Assembly (NCBI GenBank): GCA_963663545.1
Contig: OY760505.1
Coordinates: 32,001 to 96,000, forward strand
From: Candidatus Delongbacteria bacterium
Lineage (GTDB): Bacteria; CAIWAD01
DNA length: 64,000 bases
Reading direction: 5' to 3'
Shown: in pieces, positions 20,420 through 30,130 of the stretch
Layout: each line of letters begins with the position of its first letter
How positions within the stretch are numbered: the stretch's first letter is position 1
Made by a program: the position numbers and the translations under genes
Notes under the pieces: model-generated
What the model was told of the DNA's origin: nothing
What the model saw: the letters and a program-made list of their open reading frames with translations, nothing else
Database searches by the model: none

Positions 20420-23380
20420 CTACGTTGTTGAAGCGGGAGGTAGCAGGACTTTGAAGCTGCTGCCTATTCCCGGCTCACTCTCGACAAGAATGCGACCGCC
20501 ATGTTGGTGCACGATGCCGTGTACCGTCGCTAGGCCCAACCCTGTCCCCTTGCCTTCTTCCTTTGTGGTAAAGAAGGGCTCAAAGAGTCGTGTCCGGACT
20601 TCTTCGCTCATGCCTATGCCCGTGTCACGAATCTCAAGCATTACCCACTCTGCATCGTGCTTGTCAGAGTCGCCGTTGTGATACATCGAAGTACAAATGG
20701 AGAGCTGCCCGCCTTTGGGCATTGCATCACGCGCATTGAGCACAAGATTCAATAACACTTGCTTGATCTGGCTGGCATCGGCGAAAAGCGGTGTGATACG
20801 GTCACCCAGTTGCATATCCAAATGCGTGTGACCCGCCAGACCACGGCGCAGCAGATCCAGCACTTCCAGGATGAGATCATTCAGCGATACGCGCATGAGT
20901 CGCAGTTCCTGCTGGCGACCGAAGGCAAGCAGTTGCTTCACTAGCGTTTGCGCCAGATCGGCACTTTGTCGAATGTGACTTAGCGAAGTGAGCTGGTCCT
21001 CTTCTTTCAGTTCATGGGCCAGTATTTCGCAGTAGCCGATAATGGGTGTGAGCAGGTTGTTCAGGTCATGTGCTACACCACCCGCCAGACTGCCCATGTT
21101 TTCCAGCCGCTGCCCGGCTTTGGCCTTTTCTTCGTAGCGTCGCAGTTCCGTTATATCCTGAAAAAGGCCGACCGCGGCAATGATTTTACCATCCTTGTCT
21201 CGTACTGGAGCCGCACTGCCGTGCAGTACTCGATGCAAACCCTGCGAATTCAGGATGACAGCTTCCTGGTTTTGTGTCACACAACCTTCGCGAATGGCGC
21301 GCACCAGCGGAGTTTGTTCCAGGCGCAGTTCCTCGCTCTGGCTGTTCCAGCTCTTCCAGATATGCATGAGTTCGCTGATGTGCAAGCCCTCGAAGGAGGA
21401 GCATTCAGAACTGAAGGATTGGTTGGTGGTAATATTGGTTAGCCGGACGCGCAAATCAGTGCCGATGATGATCATGGCAATGGGCGACTGCTCAAGTGCT
21501 GAGTGTAGCAGTCCTTCCAGCTCCTGGCGTGCACGTTCCAACTCGACCCAATCGCTGATATCATGGGCGACGATCATCAAGGCCTTGTCTTCTTCCCAAT
21601 GAATCAGTGTGGCGCTAGGCTCAATCCAGTGCCCGTTGATGATCTTCACCTGTAGACGTTCCGTGAGCGCTTTGCCCTCAAGCAGCGCTTGCCTTTTCTG
21701 AGCCACAGCTTCTCTGAATTCGGGAGCCAGAAGACTGCTGTATTCCATACCGATCAGGGTTGCCGGATCCTGATTCATCATGTGTCCACACTTGGTGTTG
21801 GCAAAGACCACTTTGCGATCCTTAACCACCAGAATCGCCTCGTTGGCATTTTCGATCAGGCTGCGGTATTTGTCCTCGCGATGGGCGAGCTCGGAGTACA
21901 GCTCCTCGCGTTCTCTGCGCCTAAGAAGTGCGTGTGTCACAAGAATCGACGTGGTCGCCGTCAAGAGAGCGCCCAGGATGCTGACGAGGAGGCTAAGACC
22001 TTCCAGGTAGCCGGTCGGGGTCTGCGTACTACAAACGCGCAGGGCCAGCGTCTGACCGAACACATAGACTGGCCAAGTGGTGCAAGGCCCGATACCCAGT
22101 GGTCCACACGCCGGCACCAGGACCCGATTTGTGTTGTCAGGGCGAATCAATAGAAGCTCTTGCACGAAGGGAAGCGATCTGGAGCCTGGATGCGTCGGCA
22201 TCATCAGTTCGCGATCCAGGTGCAACACTGCGCCAAGTTGCCTGAACTCGCCTTCCGGCGCAGGAAGGGGGAGGTAAAGGCGCAGACTAGGGCCATCGAA
22301 CTCGCCGTCACTTGTCCAGCCGCTTAAAATCCGCCGAGGCCCACTCTTTTCAGGCTGCCTCCAGGGAGCCAATTGCTCAAGTGGTCCCTGCAGAAGCGTG
22401 AATGTGGTCAGCTTCGTGCGCATGCTGTCTTGCGAAAGGTGCGCTAGCGAGCGCGTCACAGTCTCGCCACTGGCCTCCTGCGTGGCTACTTCCAGCAGAT
22501 TTGCCAGCCGAAACAAGTTTTGCTCTTGCTCCTGCAGTTGCCGGTTCAGCGTACCGACACATTGGCTTTCGGCCAACTCAACGAAATGACCTTCGCTCGT
22601 AAGCAGTTCGTGTTGGTGCACGAAGTACACACAACCTGCTGTCAGCGCGATACCCAGCAGCGGCACCAGCCAGCTTTCGGTCCAGCGGAGCCAGAAAGGA
22701 ATAGGCGGATGCATCAGTTCGCGCCAGCTCAGCAGCAGCCCGCCCAGCAGCAGGATCAGTACCGGGAGCAAGACCAAACTTATCCCCGTCACAAGAGCGT
22801 CGCGCAAACGAGCTCTCCAGCGGCTGGCTTCTATGTCCATCCCCAGTACCAGCCGGTCGCCGTCGTGTGTCACATGGGCAGCGAAGGCTGAGACAAAGGT
22901 GCCGTATTCGTCGGTGTAGGGGCCCGCCGTGCTTGCTTCCTGTCCGCCGAAAATCGGGAGAATTTCGTCCGGCGGCTGGTGATACAATTCGCCCAACGGA
23001 GAAGCTTGGGGATCACTGCGCGAATAGCTTTCCGGGCCGAAGTGGATGCCATCCTCTTCGAGCTTCATCAGATAAACACCGCGGCAGCCGACAATGGAAC
23101 GGCAGGTGGCAAAGAACTCGCAAAGGCGCTGATACTCAGCATTTGTGGAGTCGGCGGCGTCAAAGGATGGTGTTTTGTCGAGGCTCTGATGCAGTAGGTC
23201 GGTAACGGAGTGCAAGCGAAACAGCAGGTCGTCACGCATGTCGCGATCACACTCCTCCCGCTGCCACAATCCGGCCAGCATTGCGACTGGCAGGGTTATC
23301 AGTAGAAGAAGAAAGAGGTGTCGTGAGCCTTGAGCACCTGGTCCCTGGTGCTTTGCTGGCCAGCCGAAATTGGTCTGCAT
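20420..23380 (-). CDS. Membrane-bound multi-sensor PAS histidine kinase
   Basis: Transmembrane and extracytoplasmic sensor regions (GPYTDEYGTFVSAF), two PAS domains, AGGVAHDLNNLL, EPFFTTKEEGKGTGLGLA. Confidence 0.9.
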   Translation of the reverse strand: MQTNFGWPAKHQGPGAQGSRHLFLLLLITLPVAMLAGLWQREECDRDMRDDLLFRLHSVTDLLHQSLDKTPSFDAADSTNAEYQRLCEFFATCRSIVGCRGVYLMKLEEDGIHFGPESYSRSDPQASPLGELYHQPPDEILPIFGGQEASTAGPYTDEYGTFVSAFAAHVTHDGDRLVLGMDIEASRWRARLRDALVTGISLVLLPVLILLLGGLLLSWRELMHPPIPFWLRWTESWLVPLLGIALTAGCVYFVHQHELLTSEGHFVELAESQCVGTLNRQLQEQEQNLFRLANLLEVATQEASGETVTRSLAHLSQDSMRTKLTTFTLLQGPLEQLAPWRQPEKSGPRRILSGWTSDGEFDGPSLRLYLPLPAPEGEFRQLGAVLHLDRELMMPTHPGSRSLPFVQELLLIRPDNTNRVLVPACGPLGIGPCTTWPVYVFGQTLALRVCSTQTPTGYLEGLSLLVSILGALLTATTSILVTHALLRRREREELYSELAHREDKYRSLIENANEAILVVKDRKVVFANTKCGHMMNQDPATLIGMEYSSLLAPEFREAVAQKRQALLEGKALTERLQVKIINGHWIEPSATLIHWEEDKALMIVAHDISDWVELERARQELEGLLHSALEQSPIAMIIIGTDLRVRLTNITTNQSFSSECSSFEGLHISELMHIWKSWNSQSEELRLEQTPLVRAIREGCVTQNQEAVILNSQGLHRVLHGSAAPVRDKDGKIIAAVGLFQDITELRRYEEKAKAGQRLENMGSLAGGVAHDLNNLLTPIIGYCEILAHELKEEDQLTSLSHIRQSADLAQTLVKQLLAFGRQQELRLMRVSLNDLILEVLDLLRRGLAGHTHLDMQLGDRITPLFADASQIKQVLLNLVLNARDAMPKGGQLSICTSMYHNGDSDKHDAEWVMLEIRDTGIGMSEEVRTRLFEPFFTTKEEGKGTGLGLATVHGIVHQHGGRILVESEPGIGSSFKVLLPPASTT

Positions 23381-23461
23381 TCAGACTCCGAATAGGTCCC
23401 GCATGAAAGATGACTATGCTATCGGAATTGCTGAACTGAAGCTTGATGCAGGGACCAGCTT

Positions 23462-24949
23462 TCAAGAGAATGCGTGACGTGACACCTTTCGAAAATGAAA
23501 ACCGTAGACAGCCATCGTGATAGCAGTCGGGAGTTTCTGTGGGCAGTGAAAAATGCTGTGTGCAAACAAACGCCAATAATACCATCTCGCATGATCCAGA
23601 ATCCCCAGGCGCCAAATGCTTCGAACCAGTGCTTTCAGCATGGTTAGTGAAAACCGCGGACGCTGAGTGCGCGCAGGATGGAAATCTTTCAGAAATGCCT
23701 TGACGCGTCTGAAGTAGACATCTGGACGATACACGGTCTCAAGGATTTCCCGATATCCGCGTAACAATTCGCCATAGTCCATCTTCGGAATGAAGTTCAT
23801 TGTGCCGTCCATGTTATTGCCAGTAATGCCGGTGGCAAGCAGCCGATTCTCGCTGAACATTCGCTTGTACAACCGCGTTCCGATGGGAGCATTCAGCAGT
23901 CCGATCATGGCGGTTACAACTGAGCTATTACGGATGAAGTCAATCTGTTGATGGAAGACCGAGGTGGTATCGCTGTCAAAACCGACGATGAATCCCGCTG
24001 CAACACGCATTCCGTAGCGATGGAGGGTCCGCACGCTTTCTATCAGGTTTACGCTGAGGTTCTGTGACTTGCCGCATTCGCTAAGACTTTCTGTGTTGGG
24101 CGTTTCGATACCAAGGAACACGCACTCAAAACCGGCTTCGGCCATCAACGACATCAGCTCATGATCCTCGGCAAGTTCAACCGAGGCTTCTGTAGTAAAT
24201 AGAAAACGGGCACCGCTTGCTGCTTTCCAGCGGATGAGTGCTGGCAGCAACTCTTCCTTGAGGACGCGCGCCTTACCGATGAAATTGTCGTCCACGATGA
24301 AGATGTTGTTCTTCCAGCCAGCTTTGCGCAAGGCTTCCAGTTCGGCAATGAACTGAGCCGTTTGCTTTGTACGCGGGCGGTGTCCATTAAGCATGCCGAT
24401 ACTGCAGAACTCACAGTGATAAGGACATCCGCGGGAGTACTGAATGTTCATGCTGGCATAAGCCTTTATCTGCAGCAGGTCCCAGCGTGGAATAGGTGTG
24501 GCTGCAAGATCGGGGAAATCCGGTGAGGTATAGACCGTTTTTGCACAACCGGCCTCCAGGTCACGCAGGAAAAGCGGGAGCGTGATTTCGGCTTCATTTA
24601 GGACGTAATGGTCGATCCCTTGAAACCCCTCGCGGTTGGTGCTGAGCATGGGGCCACCAGCAACTACCTTTTTGCAGAGGGTCGTGCAGCGCACCAGCAC
24701 CTTCTGGAAGGATGAGCGCTGAATGTCCATACCGGTCAGGAAGACCATGTCTGCCCATCGCAAGTCCTTGTCTGTCAGTGACTCAATATCCATATCCACT
24801 AGTCTGCATTCCCAGCTGACAGGCAGCATGGCTGCTACAGTCAACAAGCCTAGAGGGGGGCCCGCCGCGCGCTTGGCGACAAAGGGTAGAGCATTGTGAT
24901 AGTTATGGAAGGTAGGAGGTGTTTTAGGGTTTACCAGCAGGATGCGCAT
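23462..24949 (-). CDS. B12-binding-domain radical SAM protein
   Basis: SRGCPYHCEFC (CxxxCxxC), N-terminal PPLGLLTVAAML...GGP, DDNFIG. Confidence 0.92.
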   Translation of the reverse strand: MRILLVNPKTPPTFHNYHNALPFVAKRAAGPPLGLLTVAAMLPVSWECRLVDMDIESLTDKDLRWADMVFLTGMDIQRSSFQKVLVRCTTLCKKVVAGGPMLSTNREGFQGIDHYVLNEAEITLPLFLRDLEAGCAKTVYTSPDFPDLAATPIPRWDLLQIKAYASMNIQYSRGCPYHCEFCSIGMLNGHRPRTKQTAQFIAELEALRKAGWKNNIFIVDDNFIGKARVLKEELLPALIRWKAASGARFLFTTEASVELAEDHELMSLMAEAGFECVFLGIETPNTESLSECGKSQNLSVNLIESVRTLHRYGMRVAAGFIVGFDSDTTSVFHQQIDFIRNSSVVTAMIGLLNAPIGTRLYKRMFSENRLLATGITGNNMDGTMNFIPKMDYGELLRGYREILETVYRPDVYFRRVKAFLKDFHPARTQRPRFSLTMLKALVRSIWRLGILDHARWYYWRLFAHSIFHCPQKLPTAITMAVYGFHFRKVSRHAFS

Positions 24950-25263
24950 GGGAATCTCCTTGGAATGAATACGACCGATAGTTGGCGCTGAAGCCGTACC
25001 CGGGGGGATTCATGTAATAGGAGTCCCAGATCCAACTTTGCGAGAACGCTGCGAGTGGAAGGTGACGATTCCAGTTGGATTAGACTATCCTTTTCCGAGG
25101 TATCGCAAGATTCCACTTCCCCAGAACCTACTACCAGTCAAGGCTGAAGCAGGGGTCTTGTGTAATTATTTAGGAGAAGGGAAGCTGCATGTTCGCATTC
25201 GTCCAGCATTCGGGGGCTTTCAGGCGCGTTCAATCTCATCGTGATAATCCTATGGTGCGGAAT

Positions 25264-26148
25264 TCAGGGGATTGCATAGTGTGCCCAAGGATCGCGACAA
25301 ACAGTCGTGATACCAGCCTTGCTGGCATAGCAGTAAACACAGCCGTGAGCGCACTGATTGTAAATGCCGATGTCGCGCGCGCGTGCGCATCCGCAACCAG
25401 GACGCGTTGGTGCGCTGGCAATGGCGCCGGGCAGAAGTGTGTTGGCCTCTTCGAAAAAAGTGGCATCGATGCAGGCGGCACGCCGAATGCCCGGAGTTTG
25501 CAGAAGCTCCTCTTCGCAGCAGGCCAGCGGTTGCAGTTCGTTTTCCAATGCAATCTGCACTAGCTCCGCTGCCAGAGCGGCACGCATTTCGTGCGCGGGC
25601 GTGAAGACCAGCGAGTTCCCCTCGCCGTCGCGTGGCAGGCGAGCCTCAATCTTGCGGTAGCGATCCAGCCAACTTAGGTAGACGTAGTGTTGGTGGCCGC
25701 GCAGTTCCTTTGCCAGCTCAGCGAAGCGATTCAGCAGAAACTCGACGGGCGTCAACCGCGAAAGCAGCAAAGGATCAAAGCGCCAGCGTACGGCCTCCGG
25801 GCCTAATTCGTCAGCAAGCCTGAGCAAGTCGTCACGCGTCTCCTGCATCGGAGGAGCGTTGACTTCGAGTTCGCGCGGGTATCCCAGCAGACTTACCTGC
25901 ACCAGAATGCGCCGACGGCCGAAGAGCGCGTCTAGTTCGGGTAATGCCTGCAGGAGGGCGCCCGGGCGCCGCGTCCAGAAGACGACGCCGAGCAGTGCTT
26001 CGCTACGCAGGTCCACACGGGAGATCTGTCCGCCGATGGGATTGGGCACAGGAATCCAACCACGCCTGCACCAGCGCAGAAAGGCTGGCAGTTGAAATGC
26101 GGGCAGATCCATGCGTCGGCTGGCAGAGATGATCAGTCGCTTGTCCAT
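25264..26148 (-). CDS. DUF1848 family protein
   Basis: IISASRRMDLPAF, VFWTR, WRFDP, RPGCGC..RDIGIYNQCAHGCVYCYA; start moved to ATG 26148. Confidence 0.85.
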   Translation of the reverse strand: MDKRLIISASRRMDLPAFQLPAFLRWCRRGWIPVPNPIGGQISRVDLRSEALLGVVFWTRRPGALLQALPELDALFGRRRILVQVSLLGYPRELEVNAPPMQETRDDLLRLADELGPEAVRWRFDPLLLSRLTPVEFLLNRFAELAKELRGHQHYVYLSWLDRYRKIEARLPRDGEGNSLVFTPAHEMRAALAAELVQIALENELQPLACCEEELLQTPGIRRAACIDATFFEEANTLLPGAIASAPTRPGCGCARARDIGIYNQCAHGCVYCYASKAGITTVCRDPWAHYAIP

Positions 26149-26183
26149 AAGCTCTTGTGAACCCTCGACAAGGTCGGGCGACG

Positions 26184-27494
26184 TCAGCCCGTTGCCGGCG
26201 CCTCGTCCTGAAGTAACATTTCGCGTAGGCTCAATCCCTGGCGGTACATCAACCACGCTGCCAGGATCAGCAGGCAGGTGGCGCAGGCAAAGGTCGCATG
26301 CCAGCCGAAGGTGTTGCGCACAAACCAGCCCAGCAGCGGGCCCACCAAGCCACGCAATCCCGTCAGGGTGACATGGATTCCCTGATAGGTGGCGGCGCTT
26401 TCCTTGCCGGCAAAGACCAGGCTGGACATCGACCAGGCGACGGCCACGCCGCTCATGGCAATTCCCTGCAGCAGGAAGCTGGCCAGAAAGAGTGCGTTGC
26501 GCAAGGGGCCTTCCGGTACAAGCGAGCAACTCGCCAGCAGCAGCGGAAAGAACGCCAGCAGACCGAAGATGCGTGCGCAGAAACTGGCCGGGTCCAGCCG
26601 ATCGTGGTGTGCGCCCAGGTAGGGCAGACTGAAGATGCTGGACAAACGAAATGCCGCCACCTGCCCCAGCGAGATCATCGCGTAGCTCAGCCCCAGACCG
26701 GTGACCAGATAGCCGGGCTGCACCGTGCCCACCATGAAGAAGGCCAGGCCGTAGAGCATGAACTGCATTTCCCAGCGAAAGAAGGCGCGATTGCGATTCA
26801 GCAGGCTGCCCATGCGCAAAATGGGCTGATGTAGTCGACGCCAGTGGGGTAGAGCCAAACCCATCCAGCGCGGGCTACCCAGGACGGCGGCTTCACGATG
26901 CTCGTCCACCGGAACGCTGAACTGCAGAATGCGCTCCAGCACACCGAAGAGGGCGATAGCGGCGAACACCCAGCGCCAGTTCTCGCTGCCCGCATCCAAG
27001 AAATGGCCCAGCGGATAGCTGACCAGCAGGATGGTCAACGCGGTCAACGAGGCCAGTCGGCCATAAAGAAAGCTGCGCCTCTCGCGCGGATAGTTGGCCT
27101 GCATGATGCGGTTGCGCAGGGGAATGTTGAGGGAGTTGTGAAATTCGTACAGCAGCAAGAGCAGCAGCAGAAGCCGCATACTGCCCCAGGCGTACATAAG
27201 CGCGAGAGGGGCAACGCCGGCAAAAGCGCAGAGCAGAAAGAGGCGGTTCCAGCGACGCAGACGCGCGATCAACTCGGCCCAGTAGATCGAGAGTAAAAAG
27301 CATACCGGTGCCACCATCATTAGCAGCATGATGTGCAAATCATTGGCGCCCAGGCTCTTGGCGGCTATGGTGGCGATCAGGCTGGTTCCAGCCTGACTGA
27401 GGCCATCGATGTGGGCAGCGGGGATCTGGCGACCAAGGGTGCGACGAGCCAACTCAGGCAGCGTGTCCCAATCGAATAGACGGCGCAGGAACAA
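26184..27494 (-). CDS. MFS-type membrane transporter
   Basis: About 12 hydrophobic segments; ANYPRERRSFLYG and GLRGLVGPLLG loops. Confidence 0.8.
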   Translation of the reverse strand: MFLRRLFDWDTLPELARRTLGRQIPAAHIDGLSQAGTSLIATIAAKSLGANDLHIMLLMMVAPVCFLLSIYWAELIARLRRWNRLFLLCAFAGVAPLALMYAWGSMRLLLLLLLLYEFHNSLNIPLRNRIMQANYPRERRSFLYGRLASLTALTILLVSYPLGHFLDAGSENWRWVFAAIALFGVLERILQFSVPVDEHREAAVLGSPRWMGLALPHWRRLHQPILRMGSLLNRNRAFFRWEMQFMLYGLAFFMVGTVQPGYLVTGLGLSYAMISLGQVAAFRLSSIFSLPYLGAHHDRLDPASFCARIFGLLAFFPLLLASCSLVPEGPLRNALFLASFLLQGIAMSGVAVAWSMSSLVFAGKESAATYQGIHVTLTGLRGLVGPLLGWFVRNTFGWHATFACATCLLILAAWLMYRQGLSLREMLLQDEAPATG

Positions 27495-27734
27495 GACGAA
27501 CTCCCGGGCGGACTACGTACCACTTGCCCTTCGGACAGGAATCAGTTGCTGTATCACGAAATACGTCCACCACCTTTGAAACCTTAAGTTCGCGAACTAC
27601 GGGCTAGGCGCAAAGTGGCTGAATTGTGTAGCGGAGGCTGCGGTTCGTATACCAAAAACTTTTTCAATCAAATCCAGAAAAAACAGAATTACGCCCTTGC
27701 TGTGTCGATAATGAGTGGGATCCAAGGAGAACTC

Positions 27735-28136
27735 GTGGAACGAAAAGACCTGTTTACTGTGGTGTTCGAGTCCATCGAACGGGACCTGGCCTACTACCGG
27801 GGACGGCAGATCAATGCACATTTCTACATGATCGGTTGTCAGGTGGTGCTCCTGGTTGCCTACATGGCCAACAGTACGCAGGGGAATTTGATTCTGCGCA
27901 TCCTCTTCACCCTTGGCTTCGGCTTCATCGCACGCATCAGCCTGATGGTCACCAAGAGCTTTCTGGAACGGGTGCACGACTTGTGGCGCAGGCGCGAGCT
28001 CTTGTTGAAACAGCAGGGGCTGCCCGAGGAGCTGGAGTTGCAGCTTCTGCATCGCCAGCCCTCCATCAGTCACCTGGGCGACCAGGCCTCGGTGATTGTA
28101 GCTGTGCTTTTCATCGCCATGTGCTGGCTGACCTGA
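27735..28136 (+). CDS. Hypothetical membrane protein
   Basis: AAGGAG RBS before GTG 27735; three hydrophobic segments. Confidence 0.6.
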   Translation: MERKDLFTVVFESIERDLAYYRGRQINAHFYMIGCQVVLLVAYMANSTQGNLILRILFTLGFGFIARISLMVTKSFLERVHDLWRRRELLLKQQGLPEELELQLLHRQPSISHLGDQASVIVAVLFIAMCWLT

Positions 28137-28144
28137 ATCAATTC

Positions 28145-30040
28145 CTAGCGCTTTTCTATACGCACGAGTACAGCTGCCTCGTAGGCTCCCAGCTCAAGGC
28201 GCAGACTGCCATCAACCGCGCTTTTCATACGTCCGCCCTTGATAGCGTTGTACCACTCGCCTTCAGCTCCCGGACGCAGCTCGGTCTGGGCCAAACGGTT
28301 TGCCGGATTCATCACCACAACCACCCATTCGTCGCCCATGTAGCGCTCAAAAGCGTAGAGTCCGGTGTCGTCGTCCATGATCAGCGCATGGTAGTGGCCG
28401 CGCCGCAGTGCGATTTCCATGTTGCGAATGTGAATAAGCTTCTCGTACCACTTGCGCAGTTCGGCGTTGTAGCGGACCGGACACGCTTTTGGGCGTGGCG
28501 TACCGTCCGGCAGCAGCGTCTCGTCCTCATATGAGTAGTCGGGCCAGACCATGGGCTTGCGGCAATCGGGATCGTTGGCGCCCCACATACCAGCTTCGTC
28601 GCCGTAATACACCATTGGCGCACCTGGACAGGTCATCTGCAGCAGCAGCGCCATCTTGATGACTGCAGTATCGATGCGACCTGGAGCAGAGGTGTCGAAG
28701 TCGGGATTGCCGGATTGCGACCAACCGAAATAGGTGCCCCAATCGCGGAATGCGGGCCCACCGCCGTTTTTCACCTGGCTGGCCAAACGGGCAGAGTCAT
28801 GACTGTCCAGCAGATTTTGCATCACACTCAACCCCGGCTCGCCGAAGGCCTTGATCATCTCCTGCATGCGCTGGTCGAAGCTCGTGGGGGAGGGGGTCTT
28901 ACTTCTATCGTAGAGGAATTCAGCGACGGCAAAGGCGAAGTTGTAGTTCATCATTGCGTCGAACTCGTCGCCCTCGAGATAGGGTAAAAGCTCCGGCAAC
29001 GGTTCGATGACTTCGGCTACCAGGTAGGCCTGAGGATTGAGGCTGCGTACGTGAGCGCGCCACTTTTTCCAGAAGGGGTGTGATATACAGAAGGCCACAT
29101 CCAATCGCCAGCCGTCAATACCCTCGCGAAGGACGCCGTCAACCTCAGGCTTCAGCCAGCGCTCCGTTGCAGCAAAGATATAGTCGCGTACCGGCGGCAC
29201 CAACCCTTCCGCATCCTCGCGAAGCTCCGGCAATTCGCGTACACCGAACCAGCCCTCGTAGTCCAGCTCCTTTCCTGTAGCGGAATCCGGCCAGGCCTTG
29301 ACGGTGAACCAGTCGGCAAACTCGCTGGATCTGCCCTTCTGCTGCACATCGCGAAAGGCAAAGCTGGTCATGCCGAGGTGGTTGAAAACTCCGTCCAGGA
29401 TGAGATGCATGCCGCGAGCGTGAACCTGCTCCACCAGTTCCAGCAGCAGCAAGTCGGCGCTCGTCCATTTCCAGGTAGCTGGGTCAACAGGGTTCTCGTT
29501 TGCCATCAGCGCACGATCACCGACCGGATCGGGCCCCAGGGTAGGATCAACGTGATGATAATGCGCGCCGTCGTACTTGTGACTGGAAGGCGCGGTGAAG
29601 ACCGGGTTCAAATAAAGGGCGTTTACACCCAGTTCTTCCAGATAAGGCAGCGCATCCAGGATGCCCTGAATGTCGCCTCCGTAGCGGCGGCGCTGAATAT
29701 TGTGGCCCAGATCGTGGCCGTTGGCCTTTTCGTAGTCGGCGAGCGCGTACCAGTCGCTGGTCCAGGAGTGAATCTGCCAGGGTTCGCTCGCGTCGTGCGG
29801 CCAGGCGCCTTGCTGATCGGCAAGAGTCGGATCGTTGCTTGTGTCACCATTGCGGAAGCGCTCGGGGAAGATCTGATACCAGATTGCGTCACTGGCCCAG
29901 TCAGGCAGCTGATTTTGTTGCACCATGGCGGTGTGTTCCTTTTTCGTACCGCAGGCGAGGCAAAGCAGACACAAGGGTAGGAAGATCCAAACGCTGCGAT
30001 GCGCTAGGAAAGGCTTGAACAGCGGAAAAGTGGTAGACAT
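28145..30040 (-). CDS. GH13 alpha-amylase family protein (neopullulanase/cyclomaltodextrinase-like), probable lipoprotein
   Basis: WYQIFPERF, YGGDIQGI, ILDGVFNH, IDGWRLDVA, NLLDSHD, YYGDEAGM, DPDCRKPM; LAC lipobox. Confidence 0.92.
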   Translation of the reverse strand: MSTTFPLFKPFLAHRSVWIFLPLCLLCLACGTKKEHTAMVQQNQLPDWASDAIWYQIFPERFRNGDTSNDPTLADQQGAWPHDASEPWQIHSWTSDWYALADYEKANGHDLGHNIQRRRYGGDIQGILDALPYLEELGVNALYLNPVFTAPSSHKYDGAHYHHVDPTLGPDPVGDRALMANENPVDPATWKWTSADLLLLELVEQVHARGMHLILDGVFNHLGMTSFAFRDVQQKGRSSEFADWFTVKAWPDSATGKELDYEGWFGVRELPELREDAEGLVPPVRDYIFAATERWLKPEVDGVLREGIDGWRLDVAFCISHPFWKKWRAHVRSLNPQAYLVAEVIEPLPELLPYLEGDEFDAMMNYNFAFAVAEFLYDRSKTPSPTSFDQRMQEMIKAFGEPGLSVMQNLLDSHDSARLASQVKNGGGPAFRDWGTYFGWSQSGNPDFDTSAPGRIDTAVIKMALLLQMTCPGAPMVYYGDEAGMWGANDPDCRKPMVWPDYSYEDETLLPDGTPRPKACPVRYNAELRKWYEKLIHIRNMEIALRRGHYHALIMDDDTGLYAFERYMGDEWVVVVMNPANRLAQTELRPGAEGEWYNAIKGGRMKSAVDGSLRLELGAYEAAVLVRIEKR

Positions 30041-30130
30041 GCTCGACTCCCGAAAATGACAATGCCCCAACTTACCAGCCTGAGCCGATACTTGCGCTTC
30101 TTAATTGATTCCTCCCTCTGGCCGATATAA

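Noticed and set aside
25264-26529. 421-aa version of the DUF1848 ORF, and similar upstream extensions of clpC, dctM, csp and the 2959 ORF
   Set aside because: The extensions overlap neighbouring genes or terminators; downstream starts fit family N-termini, usually with an RBS.
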